Virus record (IMG/VR): IMGVR_UViG_3300030104_000348
Coordinates: 1-53,277 of that record
Source: a virus
Lineage: Duplodnaviria > Caudoviricetes
DNA: 53,277 nt
Direction: 5' to 3' (one strand)
The position numbers and the translations under genes were made by a program. Below the pieces are notes generated by a model that was given only the letters and a program-made list of their open reading frames with translations, was not told where the DNA came from and ran no database searches. Each line of letters starts with the position of its first letter. Position 1 is the first letter of the stretch. Below are positions 1 to 7,145 of this stretch, piece after piece.

Positions 1-30
1 ATCATTGGGGGTGGGGGAAGCTGCAAAATG

Positions 31-47
31 GGTTGGAAATTCTAACC
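31..47. repeat. palindromic early-region repeat, copy 1 (GGTTGGAAATTCTAACC, 1 mismatch)
   Basis: 16/17 match to copies 2-4; followed by shared CAATT. Confidence 0.9.
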
Positions 48-92
48 CAATTATTACACATATGCACACATGGGGGGAAAAGGTGGTAGGGG

Positions 93-121
93 TTGACAAC
101 AGACTAATTATATGCTCTAAT
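93..121 (+). promoter_or_regulatory. sigma70-like promoter
   Basis: TTGACA-17-TCTAAT with TG extended -10; near-duplicate of the promoter at 616. Confidence 0.65.
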
Positions 122-148
122 ATAGGCACAATCAATGAAGGAGATTAT

Positions 149-403
149 ATGAGTAGAAAACATGGAATGGGTTGGGATAACGGCAACATTGTACCCATAG
201 GTAAAAACTTGAAGTCACATAGTGGGCGATATGCTATCAATGAGGAGAAACGTGACGAGGGTAGAGATATTGTAATGCGACAGGCATACTATAATAAACT
301 ACAGATGCAGGTGTACCTACAGGAGCAGAGGGAGAAGAAAGATGATGCACTATGGGCAGAAGCTATGGAGATATTAGATGAACTCAATGACAATTCAGGT
401 TAG
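149..403 (+). CDS. early hypothetical protein (84 aa, MSRKHG...)
   Basis: AAGGAG RBS before ATG149, in frame with track ORF 5..403; stop TAG lies inside repeat copy 2. Confidence 0.75.
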   Translation: MSRKHGMGWDNGNIVPIGKNLKSHSGRYAINEEKRDEGRDIVMRQAYYNKLQMQVYLQEQREKKDDALWAEAMEILDELNDNSG

Positions 404-414
404 AAATTCTAACC
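398..414. repeat. palindromic repeat copy 2
   Basis: GGTTAGAA-A-TTCTAACC in context AATTCAGGTTAGAAATTCTAACCCAATTA. Confidence 0.95.
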
Positions 415-435
415 CAATTATGAAAGGGAATAGCT

Positions 436-597
436 ATGATTAGAATATTATTAGATTTTATAATACTTGTGTGGATTGTGTACATTATGTATATAGCCAT
501 CGAGTATAAAGAACCAATATTCTTTTTAGTAGGGTGTATTGTGGGGATACTACAAGGCTACATACTACTAAAAGATTTAAGGAATACGTCACAATAG
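436..597 (+). CDS. small two-TM membrane protein (53 aa), not in ORF track
   Basis: MIRILLDFIILVWIVYIMYIAIEYKEPIFFLVGCIVGILQGYILLKDLRNTSQ; AAAGGGAA upstream. Confidence 0.65.
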   Translation: MIRILLDFIILVWIVYIMYIAIEYKEPIFFLVGCIVGILQGYILLKDLRNTSQ

Positions 598-615
598 TGT
601 GATGTGTAGGCAGAC

Positions 616-644
616 TTGACAACAGTATAGTTATATGCTAGAGT
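616..644 (+). promoter_or_regulatory. sigma70-like promoter
   Basis: TTGACA-17-TAGAGT with TG extended -10. Confidence 0.65.
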
Positions 645-693
645 TTAGTCACAATCAAAAACCAACGACATACAACACATAGGAGATTTTATT

Positions 694-939
694 ATGTCAA
701 AGAAAATTATGTTAACACCTTCGGACTTCGCAAATAGAAACCCAATACCTTTTGATAGGCTATGCTATATCACTGTGGGTGGTAAGGTATCTAATGCGAG
801 AGGTATCCTTGCAGTATCTAGGGCTAAACCTGCCAAGAAGATTGATGGCACTTGGTACTTTCACACTGTGAATGGCAAGGCATACAAGGGTGGACAGTTC
901 TGCCCACGTGAGGACAAGTTCTTTGTAACAAAGTCTTAA
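694..939 (+). CDS. early hypothetical protein, basic
   Basis: AGGAG RBS, 81 aa; stop 4 nt before repeat copy 3. Confidence 0.75.
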   Translation: MSKKIMLTPSDFANRNPIPFDRLCYITVGGKVSNARGILAVSRAKPAKKIDGTWYFHTVNGKAYKGGQFCPREDKFFVTKS

Positions 940-943
940 TTCA

Positions 944-960
944 GGTTAGAAATTCTAACC
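944..960. repeat. palindromic repeat copy 3
   Basis: exact GGTTAGAAATTCTAACC with AATTCA 5' and CAATT 3'. Confidence 0.95.
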
Positions 961-969
961 CAATTTAAT

Positions 970-993
970 GGGTGGCACAATACTGTGTCACCC
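970..993. other. GC-rich hairpin
   Basis: GGGTGGCACA-ATAC-TGTGTCACCC, 10 bp with one G:U; no U-tract. Confidence 0.6.
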
Positions 994-1012
994 CTAACTA
1001 TGGAGAGTAATT

Positions 1013-1189
1013 ATGTGGGATTTAATAGAACAACGAGTTGAAGAACTAATGAAAGAAGGTAAGGAGTCACCTATTCGTGGGTGGTCTGCTAGAGAAATAT
1101 CTAACACTATTGAAGAAGAGTTTGATGAACACGCAGGAGAATATGCTTGGAGTTATATACTAAAACAATGTGGACATGGAGTAAAATAA
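1013..1189 (+). CDS. small acidic hypothetical protein (58 aa), not in ORF track
   Basis: GGAG RBS; MWDLIEQRVEELMKEG...; TAATG-coupled to next ORF. Confidence 0.7.
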   Translation: MWDLIEQRVEELMKEGKESPIRGWSAREISNTIEEEFDEHAGEYAWSYILKQCGHGVK

Positions 1190-1296
1190 TGAATGAAGAT
1201 GAAGTAGAACTATTAGAAGATGAGTTTGATGAAGGAACTCAACAATCAATTGATGAATTTATTAGTAACATAAACTTGGAGGAAGATAATGACTAA
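1189..1296 (+). CDS. very acidic peptide (35 aa), not in ORF track
   Basis: MNEDEVELLEDEFDEGTQQSIDEFISNINLEEDND; GGAG RBS; overlaps both neighbours. Confidence 0.6.
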   Translation: MNEDEVELLEDEFDEGTQQSIDEFISNINLEEDND

Positions 1297-1627
1297 TTAT
1301 ACAAAAGCAGTAGTACATCACGCAGAAGATATGTTTGCATGGAGAGACCCTAACGCAAAAAATCAGATGCATTGGGTAGCAGACTTAACTATTCCCAATG
1401 GGGTTTATACAGAGGAGTTTATTGATACTGTATTAGAAGATGTCTATAAGCAAACTAATAATATCAATGGTAGATGGGTTGACAATGACAGAATTATTTG
1501 CTATAAAAAACCATTAGAAGGTGAAGGTCATAGGTCTACATCTGTAGGTGATACGATTGCATTACATACAGAAGATGGGCAATACTTATACTACAGAGTA
1601 GCATCTTTTGGCTTTGATAAAATATAA
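1289..1627 (+). CDS. hypothetical protein
   Basis: GGAGG RBS; RSTSVGD...GF motif. Confidence 0.75.
   Translation: MTNYTKAVVHHAEDMFAWRDPNAKNQMHWVADLTIPNGVYTEEFIDTVLEDVYKQTNNINGRWVDNDRIICYKKPLEGEGHRSTSVGDTIALHTEDGQYLYYRVASFGFDKI
1479..1507 (+). promoter_or_regulatory. intragenic sigma70-like promoter
   Basis: TTGACA-17-TATAAA with TG extended -10. Confidence 0.55.
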
Positions 1628-1654
1628 TTACTAACTTAACAAGGAGAATGTGTT

Positions 1655-2389
1655 ATGACACATATAATATATGATGGCAATTCTTTACTAGATGGCAAAC
1701 CAATCGTGGTGATTGCTATACCCAAGTCTAGTAATGACAAGACAGGTAATATGCTACAGACGTTTATTATCTGCAAAGATACTGACCCAATTACTGCAAG
1801 TAGACGAGGTGAAGATTACTCTATCTGTGGCAACTGTGTACACAGAGGTGTACCCAACTTCAAGAAGAATAGTGGTGGTGCAGATAAACGTAGTTGCTAT
1901 GTTATGTTGCTAGGTGTGCTATCTGTATACAAGGCATACAAGAAAGGCAACTATACACTAGCACAAGGACACGATACTATTGCAGAGTTAGGTGCAGATA
2001 GAGAGGTACGTCTAGGCACATATGGTGATCCAAGTGCTGTGCCTAGTTATGTATGGGATAGCCTACTGTCAAAGTCGAGTGGTCGCACAGGCTACACTCA
2101 CCAACATGGTGTACAAGGTGCAGACATTAGGACTGACTTGTGTATGGTCAGTGCAGATACACGAGAACAAGCAGAGTATCATTGGTCACTAGGTCATAGA
2201 ACATTCAGAGTGGGTAAGTCTATTCGTGATATGGTCAAAGGCAAAGAGATACTATGTCCTGCATCAGAAGAAGCAGGTAGACGTACCAACTGTAAGAAGT
2301 GTCAGTTGTGTAGTGGCAACACTATTAATGCCAAGAATATATTTATACCTGCTCACGGCACAGGCAAAAACAATTATCAAACAGGTTAG
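1655..2389 (+). CDS. Cys-rich phage protein, GP88-like / radical-SAM-fold candidate
   Basis: NxKTG, CxxC...SCY, RLGxYGD, GYTH, CPA...CxxCxxC; stop TAG inside repeat copy 4. Confidence 0.55.
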   Translation: MTHIIYDGNSLLDGKPIVVIAIPKSSNDKTGNMLQTFIICKDTDPITASRRGEDYSICGNCVHRGVPNFKKNSGGADKRSCYVMLLGVLSVYKAYKKGNYTLAQGHDTIAELGADREVRLGTYGDPSAVPSYVWDSLLSKSSGRTGYTHQHGVQGADIRTDLCMVSADTREQAEYHWSLGHRTFRVGKSIRDMVKGKEILCPASEEAGRRTNCKKCQLCSGNTINAKNIFIPAHGTGKNNYQTG

Positions 2390-2400
2390 AAATTCTAACC
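2384..2400. repeat. palindromic repeat copy 4
   Basis: exact 17-mer; 3' flank CAATTATTACA identical to copy 1. Confidence 0.95.
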
Positions 2401-2422
2401 CAATTATTACAAGGAGACTATT

Positions 2423-3043
2423 ATGAAAATCAAGAAACTAATTAAACTACTAGAATGTATTGAGGGTGACAGCAATGGTAAACTTCCAAGAGATATGTAT
2501 GAGTTAAGTTCATACACAAAAGAAAATGGAGGTTGGATAGGTATTGATGACATGGACTTTGTTCATGTTATGAGAGCATTTGAAAAGATGCAAGATACCC
2601 TCAGAGAAGAAGAACGAAGAGATACTCAAGAAGGTAGAGTAGTTGAGCTAGAACAAGAAGTAGCACGACTAAAAAGAGATAATGATAAGTTCTATGGCAA
2701 GTATGACGAGGGCTTACAAATATCAGTATCACAGACTAATCAGATAACTAAACTAGAACAAGAGGTATCCCACTTGCGAGAAAAGAATGCATACTTAAAA
2801 GAGAGGGTAGAGGAACTGATACCTGTCAAAGCACACCCTAAATATGACTTTAGTGAAGTGCCTAACGATTGTGAAGGACAGGAGTTTATAGACAATGTAA
2901 AGAAGTATCTCAACACTAACAAGTACAAGATGCGTGTTAGAGGTCAGCACATTAAAGATGAATACAAAGGCACAGGTGCTACGGCATATGGGCAAAACAT
3001 AGATCAATCAACACACTTACGAGTGTACATAGAGGAGAAGTAA
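2423..3043 (+). CDS. coiled-coil hypothetical protein
   Basis: AAGGAG RBS; two LEQEV heptad segments. Confidence 0.8.
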   Translation: MKIKKLIKLLECIEGDSNGKLPRDMYELSSYTKENGGWIGIDDMDFVHVMRAFEKMQDTLREEERRDTQEGRVVELEQEVARLKRDNDKFYGKYDEGLQISVSQTNQITKLEQEVSHLREKNAYLKERVEELIPVKAHPKYDFSEVPNDCEGQEFIDNVKKYLNTNKYKMRVRGQHIKDEYKGTGATAYGQNIDQSTHLRVYIEEK

Positions 3044-3045
3044 AA

Positions 3046-3201
3046 ATGAAAGAACATAAAAGATATTGGGAAATTATGGATAGACTTGAAGAAGCATACA
3101 ATAAAGATGTAACAAGTGAAATTGTCCTTCTTGATGCTGTAAAAGAATTGTTAGATTACTACAATAGTCAAGGGTATTACAAGGATGAAAAGGAGAAGTA
3201 A
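3046..3201 (+). CDS. small hypothetical protein (51 aa), not in ORF track
   Basis: MKEHKRYWEIMDRLEE...KEK; GAGGAG RBS. Confidence 0.7.
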   Translation: MKEHKRYWEIMDRLEEAYNKDVTSEIVLLDAVKELLDYYNSQGYYKDEKEK

Positions 3202-3203
3202 AA

Positions 3204-3419
3204 ATGAAGAATGAATATTTAAAAGAAACATTTAGTGATGATAAAATAATTGTATCAGACGTAGATATAGATGCAATGCATAGATACATAAGCAGTAATG
3301 ATGCACAGACTATATCTGATATTGTCCATGATGCTTTAACCTCTATGGATATTAAACATGATGGTTTTGGTTGGGATATAAATGTAACAGTAGAAGCACT
3401 CAACAGAAAGGAGAAGTAG
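3204..3419 (+). CDS. hypothetical protein
   Basis: AAGGAG RBS, 71 aa. Confidence 0.7.
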   Translation: MKNEYLKETFSDDKIIVSDVDIDAMHRYISSNDAQTISDIVHDALTSMDIKHDGFGWDINVTVEALNRKEK

Positions 3420-3421
3420 TT

Positions 3422-4549
3422 ATGAATGTATTAAGTTTATTTGATGGTATGTCATGTGGACAGATAGCCCTCAACAGAGCAGGTGTAAAGTATAATACTT
3501 ATTATGCATCTGAAATAGATAAGTATGCTATTGAAGTAGCACAGGCTAACTACCCACACACTATACAATTAGGTGATGTAACTACTTTAATGAAAGGCAT
3601 TCCATCAGGTCAGAAAGTTTACAAAGGTATGATGCTAGAGATGGTTGCACATAACATTGGTCTCATAATGGCAGGTTCGCCCTGTCAAGGTTTTAGTGTA
3701 GCAGGTAAGCAGTTAAATTTTGATGACCCACGTAGTAAATTATTCTTTGAGTTTGTACGTATCAAAGATGCCATTGACTTAAGAAGAGGGGTGTTAGGTA
3801 AAAAACCTGTCAAGTTTCTTTTAGAAAATGTGCCAATGAAACAAGAGTCTCAAGATATTATCACAAAGTATTTAGGTGTTAAGCCTGTTACTATAAACAG
3901 TAGCTTGTTCTCTGCACAGAATAGAAAGAGATTGTATTGGACTAACATACCCTTTGATATACCTACAGATGACAAGGGTATAATACTACAGGACATACTA
4001 GAAGATGGTATTGCTAATGAAGCTATGACTAATCAGAATGGTAAGGCACATTGCATTACTGCACGATACAATGGTGCAGTATGGTGGAACAGTATACAAC
4101 GTAAGCAACGTACTATGGTGCAAGTAGGTGAAGCTGACAATATCAAAGGCTTTGACAGTATCAAACGTATCTACTCACCTAATGGGAAAGCACCCACACT
4201 TACCACTATGCAAGGTGGGCATAGAGAGCCAAAGGTAGCTATAGGTAGGATTGTTAATCGTAGACTAGATGAGCATGGTGTACGTAAAGACAATCAACTA
4301 GACCTACCATTTACTAATCAACTAGAGGTTAGTGATACAGATAAATCTAATTGTCTTACTACCTTTACAAAAGATAATGTATTGGTTAATGGTATGCAAT
4401 GGAGAAAGCTGACACCTGTAGAGTGTGAGCGATTACAAACAGTGCCTGACAACTACACCAACCATGTATCTAATAGTCAGAGATATAAAATGTTAGGTAA
4501 TGGCTGGACAATTGATGTCATAGCACATATATTAAGAGGTATAAAATGA
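3422..4549 (+). CDS. DNA (cytosine-5)-methyltransferase
   Basis: motifs I LFDG, IV GSPCQGFS, VI ENV, VIII QNRKR, IX RKLTPVECERLQ, X LGNGW; start moved to MNVLSLF after AAGGAG. Confidence 0.92.
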   Translation: MNVLSLFDGMSCGQIALNRAGVKYNTYYASEIDKYAIEVAQANYPHTIQLGDVTTLMKGIPSGQKVYKGMMLEMVAHNIGLIMAGSPCQGFSVAGKQLNFDDPRSKLFFEFVRIKDAIDLRRGVLGKKPVKFLLENVPMKQESQDIITKYLGVKPVTINSSLFSAQNRKRLYWTNIPFDIPTDDKGIILQDILEDGIANEAMTNQNGKAHCITARYNGAVWWNSIQRKQRTMVQVGEADNIKGFDSIKRIYSPNGKAPTLTTMQGGHREPKVAIGRIVNRRLDEHGVRKDNQLDLPFTNQLEVSDTDKSNCLTTFTKDNVLVNGMQWRKLTPVECERLQTVPDNYTNHVSNSQRYKMLGNGWTIDVIAHILRGIK

Positions 4550-4701
4550 TTAAGAAAGTAAACCCTATAGCAAAAGCTATGCTAGAATCAAGACGTAGGA
4601 CACAAGTAGTTCCTTCAAAGAAAAAATATAACAGAAAAAAGGAGAAGAATTATGCAGAGTCGATTAGAGAAAATACCAAGCAAAAAGAAACCAAAGAATA
4701 A
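4546..4701 (+). CDS. small basic protein (51 aa), ArfA-like pattern; not in ORF track
   Basis: MIKKVNPIAKAMLESRRRTQVVPSKKKYNRK...; ATGA-coupled to MTase, GAGGT RBS. Confidence 0.6.
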   Translation: MIKKVNPIAKAMLESRRRTQVVPSKKKYNRKKEKNYAESIRENTKQKETKE

Positions 4702-4780
4702 ATGGGCAAAGCAACAATATAGATTAGAAAGAAAACGTAAGCAACAACAACAACTTAGATACATAAACAATGGGAGATAA
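4652..4780 (+). CDS. small basic peptide (42 aa), not in ORF track
   Basis: AAGGAG RBS; MQSRLEKIPSKKKPKNKW... Confidence 0.55.
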   Translation: MQSRLEKIPSKKKPKNKWAKQQYRLERKRKQQQQLRYINNGR

Positions 4781-4782
4781 GT

Positions 4783-4953
4783 ATGAGTACATATAAAAAT
4801 CATATATTTCATATATATGACCACGAAGAAGAAGAATCATTTCAAATTGTTGGTAAGAGTAACTTTATGCGTTGGTTAAATGGACACGCAGACCGAGAAA
4901 GATATTCTTTCTTTTCAACATACGAAAAACTAAAAAACTATTTGGAGGACTAA
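4783..4953 (+). CDS. hypothetical protein (56 aa), not in ORF track
   Basis: GGGAG RBS; stop abuts ATG4954. Confidence 0.6.
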   Translation: MSTYKNHIFHIYDHEEEESFQIVGKSNFMRWLNGHADRERYSFFSTYEKLKNYLED

Positions 4954-5181
4954 ATGAAAAAAGATAATACACTAGCAGATACACCTGCAAACCATGTACA
5001 TATGTCTAATGTAGGTAGTCTTACATTATATGAAATTATGGACATGGATAATGATGGTCACTTTGATGACCCAAACTTAATTGATGAATTATGGGGTTAC
5101 TTATGTGATTGCAAAAGCATCAGAGAAAGAATGAATTATGATTGGGATTTAGATAAGAAAGAGGGGATTAAATGTTTATAA
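4954..5181 (+). CDS. hypothetical protein
   Basis: GGAGG RBS, 75 aa. Confidence 0.7.
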   Translation: MKKDNTLADTPANHVHMSNVGSLTLYEIMDMDNDGHFDDPNLIDELWGYLCDCKSIRERMNYDWDLDKKEGIKCL

Positions 5182-5606
5182 CAGAAGCAATACTATGTCT
5201 TGCACTCAACGTGTATCACGAAGCAAAGAACCAACCTTTTATAGGACAGGTAGCAGTTGCACAAGTAGTGATGAATAGAGTGTATGACGAGAGATTTCCA
5301 GATACAGTATGTGAGGTCGTAGAGCAAGGTCCTACATACTCATGGAAACCTGACTTTCCTATACGAAACAGATGTCAGTTCAGTTGGTACTGTGATGGCA
5401 AGAGTGATACACCTAGAGAGAAAGATGCATGGGATACTGCAATCACTGTAGCTAATGGTGTATATCATGGCAACCTTGATGACTTTGTAGAGGGTGCAAC
5501 ACACTACCATGCATACTATGTGACACCTGAATGGGCGAGTACCAAGACTTATATAACAAGAATAGAAGACCACATATTTTACAGATGGGATATTAATTAT
5601 GAATAA
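5172..5606 (+). CDS. cell wall hydrolase, SleB/Hydrolase_2 family
   Basis: CLALNVYHEA, VAQVVMNRV, CQFSWYCDG, GATHYHA, HIFY. Confidence 0.9.
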   Translation: MFITEAILCLALNVYHEAKNQPFIGQVAVAQVVMNRVYDERFPDTVCEVVEQGPTYSWKPDFPIRNRCQFSWYCDGKSDTPREKDAWDTAITVANGVYHGNLDDFVEGATHYHAYYVTPEWASTKTYITRIEDHIFYRWDINYE

Positions 5607-5997
5607 AGATAATAAGGTTAGAATATATTGGAACTTACATAAGAAGGTATGGAGTGTTCAAAGCTGCAAGAGTGGTCTTGTTATAGACCATAAACAATAC
5701 CTGACTTTGGAAGATGCAAAGTTTGTGGTTCGCAAAGGTGGACAGAAACAAGTGAGAGAACAAGGCAAGAAGAATGTTCATGCTTTTGCAGTAGGATATA
5801 TCGCTAATGAAAATATCACAGATAAGCATAAGGAGTTTAAATGGAATAGGGTTAAATATAATCCTTATACTGATGACTATTTTATGCAACAAAACCTCAC
5901 CCATGAATGGGATGAGATACCAAGAGATTGGTTAGGATATGTTCATATGGAATCGCTTGTTCACCCAAACGGAGTATCTTCGAGGGTTTATATATGA
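5599..5997 (+). CDS. conserved phage hypothetical protein
   Basis: YWNLHKK.WS and KNVHAF, YNPY motifs. Confidence 0.75.
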   Translation: MNKDNKVRIYWNLHKKVWSVQSCKSGLVIDHKQYLTLEDAKFVVRKGGQKQVREQGKKNVHAFAVGYIANENITDKHKEFKWNRVKYNPYTDDYFMQQNLTHEWDEIPRDWLGYVHMESLVHPNGVSSRVYI

Positions 5998-6206
5998 ATA
6001 ACAAATTTAAAATAGGTACAAGAGTTCAAGGTGTATCTTTTATGGAAGATGGCACATACGATCAACTTGGAGAAGGTAACATATTTAAAATACATAAAAT
6101 ATATAGCAATATGTACTCTTATACAATAAAATGCAACGAGCCAAACGAACCTAATTTTTTTATGGTTTTTTATGAAGATGAATTAAAGGAGATAGACAAT
6201 GAATAA
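5994..6206 (+). CDS. hypothetical protein (FKIGxRV...EDEL, SH3-like)
   Basis: ATGA coupling at 5994 within track ORF 5928..6206. Confidence 0.65.
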   Translation: MNNKFKIGTRVQGVSFMEDGTYDQLGEGNIFKIHKIYSNMYSYTIKCNEPNEPNFFMVFYEDELKEIDNE

Positions 6207-6510
6207 ATTTATATATGATTGTTGGAATGTCGTTATGAATTATGAACGCAATCCACTAAGTAACATACAAGACCTACACGTAAGACACATGGTTATGCAA
6301 CTACTAGCATGGATGTGGTGCATAGCATTCTCTATGTGGGTAGGTAGTATGTGGGTGTTTGGTTTTACTGCTGTGATACACCTTATACTTATCTTTGCTA
6401 TTGTAATAACAGTAGCAGTTTTTGAAACAGCAAAACGTAAATCAACTTACTTCAACCATTGGTATAAAGAACGTGGTTTAGGTAGAGGTAATGGAGGAGA
6501 ACATGAATAG
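6199..6510 (+). CDS. membrane protein
   Basis: AAGGAG RBS; two hydrophobic segments. Confidence 0.75.
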   Translation: MNKFIYDCWNVVMNYERNPLSNIQDLHVRHMVMQLLAWMWCIAFSMWVGSMWVFGFTAVIHLILIFAIVITVAVFETAKRKSTYFNHWYKERGLGRGNGGEHE

Positions 6511-7006
6511 ATTTATTATAGAAGACAATCCACATTTAATAGCAAAGTCTTTGTGTGACCAACACGTAGTTAAGATGCCATTAGAAGAAGCACAGATGTT
6601 ATGTACTGCACTGTGGCATATTGCACCTACCTATGCAGAAGCCTGTAACTTGTACAAGCCTGTGCATCAGAAACATCCTTGTACATTATGGGCTATGGAA
6701 AGTCACAAGAACTATAAGTTTGCTTTTAGATTGTACCATTATATGTTAGAAGAGTACACACGTAGATATGGTAGGATACATGGAGCAAAGAAACACTACA
6801 ACTCTCTGCTAAATGGTATACCTTTAATACCTGAAGGGCAGATAACACAACACCCACAATGTTTTAGTGGGCTAGATGAACTCAAGACAGACGAGTTCTA
6901 CCCAATAAAAGCATACCGAGCATTTTATAATGTTGACAAAGCAAGATTTGCAAGGTATAAGTATACTGAAAGACCTACATGGTTTAAAGAGGTATACTAT
7001 GAATAA
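6503..7006 (+). CDS. pyrimidine-dimer DNA glycosylase (DenV/Pyr_excise-like)
   Basis: MNxF...DQHVVKMPLEEAQML, HPCTLW, EYTRRY, AYRxFY. Confidence 0.7.
   Translation: MNRFIIEDNPHLIAKSLCDQHVVKMPLEEAQMLCTALWHIAPTYAEACNLYKPVHQKHPCTLWAMESHKNYKFAFRLYHYMLEEYTRRYGRIHGAKKHYNSLLNGIPLIPEGQITQHPQCFSGLDELKTDEFYPIKAYRAFYNVDKARFARYKYTERPTWFKEVYYE
6933..6961 (+). promoter_or_regulatory. sigma70-like promoter
   Basis: TTGACA-17-TATAAG. Confidence 0.5.
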
Positions 7007-7145
7007 TAACGACATACACTTCTTCAAAGAGTGGATTAGAAAAAAGAACGAGAGAAGTCTTAAAAATAAAATACGACTAGAAAGAATACGTAACGAACTT
7101 AACAAAAAAAAGGAGAAAGATAATGACAAAGAAAAAGGTAAATAA
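6999..7145 (+). CDS. small basic protein
   Basis: GAGGT RBS before ATG6999 within track ORF 6930..7145. Confidence 0.55.
   Translation: MNNNDIHFFKEWIRKKNERSLKNKIRLERIRNELNKKKEKDNDKEKGK

Noticed and set aside
5-148. N-terminal extension of the first ORF
   Set aside because: Spans the repeat and promoter; ATG149 has the strong RBS
970-993. Terminator call for the hairpin after repeat copy 3
   Set aside because: No U-tract; kept as an unassigned hairpin
31-2400. CRISPR array
   Set aside because: Intervals are 367-1440 bp and contain genes; no cas genes
31-2400. Canonical integron attC array
   Set aside because: Sites are much shorter than attC, the core is GTTAGAA rather than GTTRRRY, and no IntI-specific insertion was recognised; kept only as an analogy
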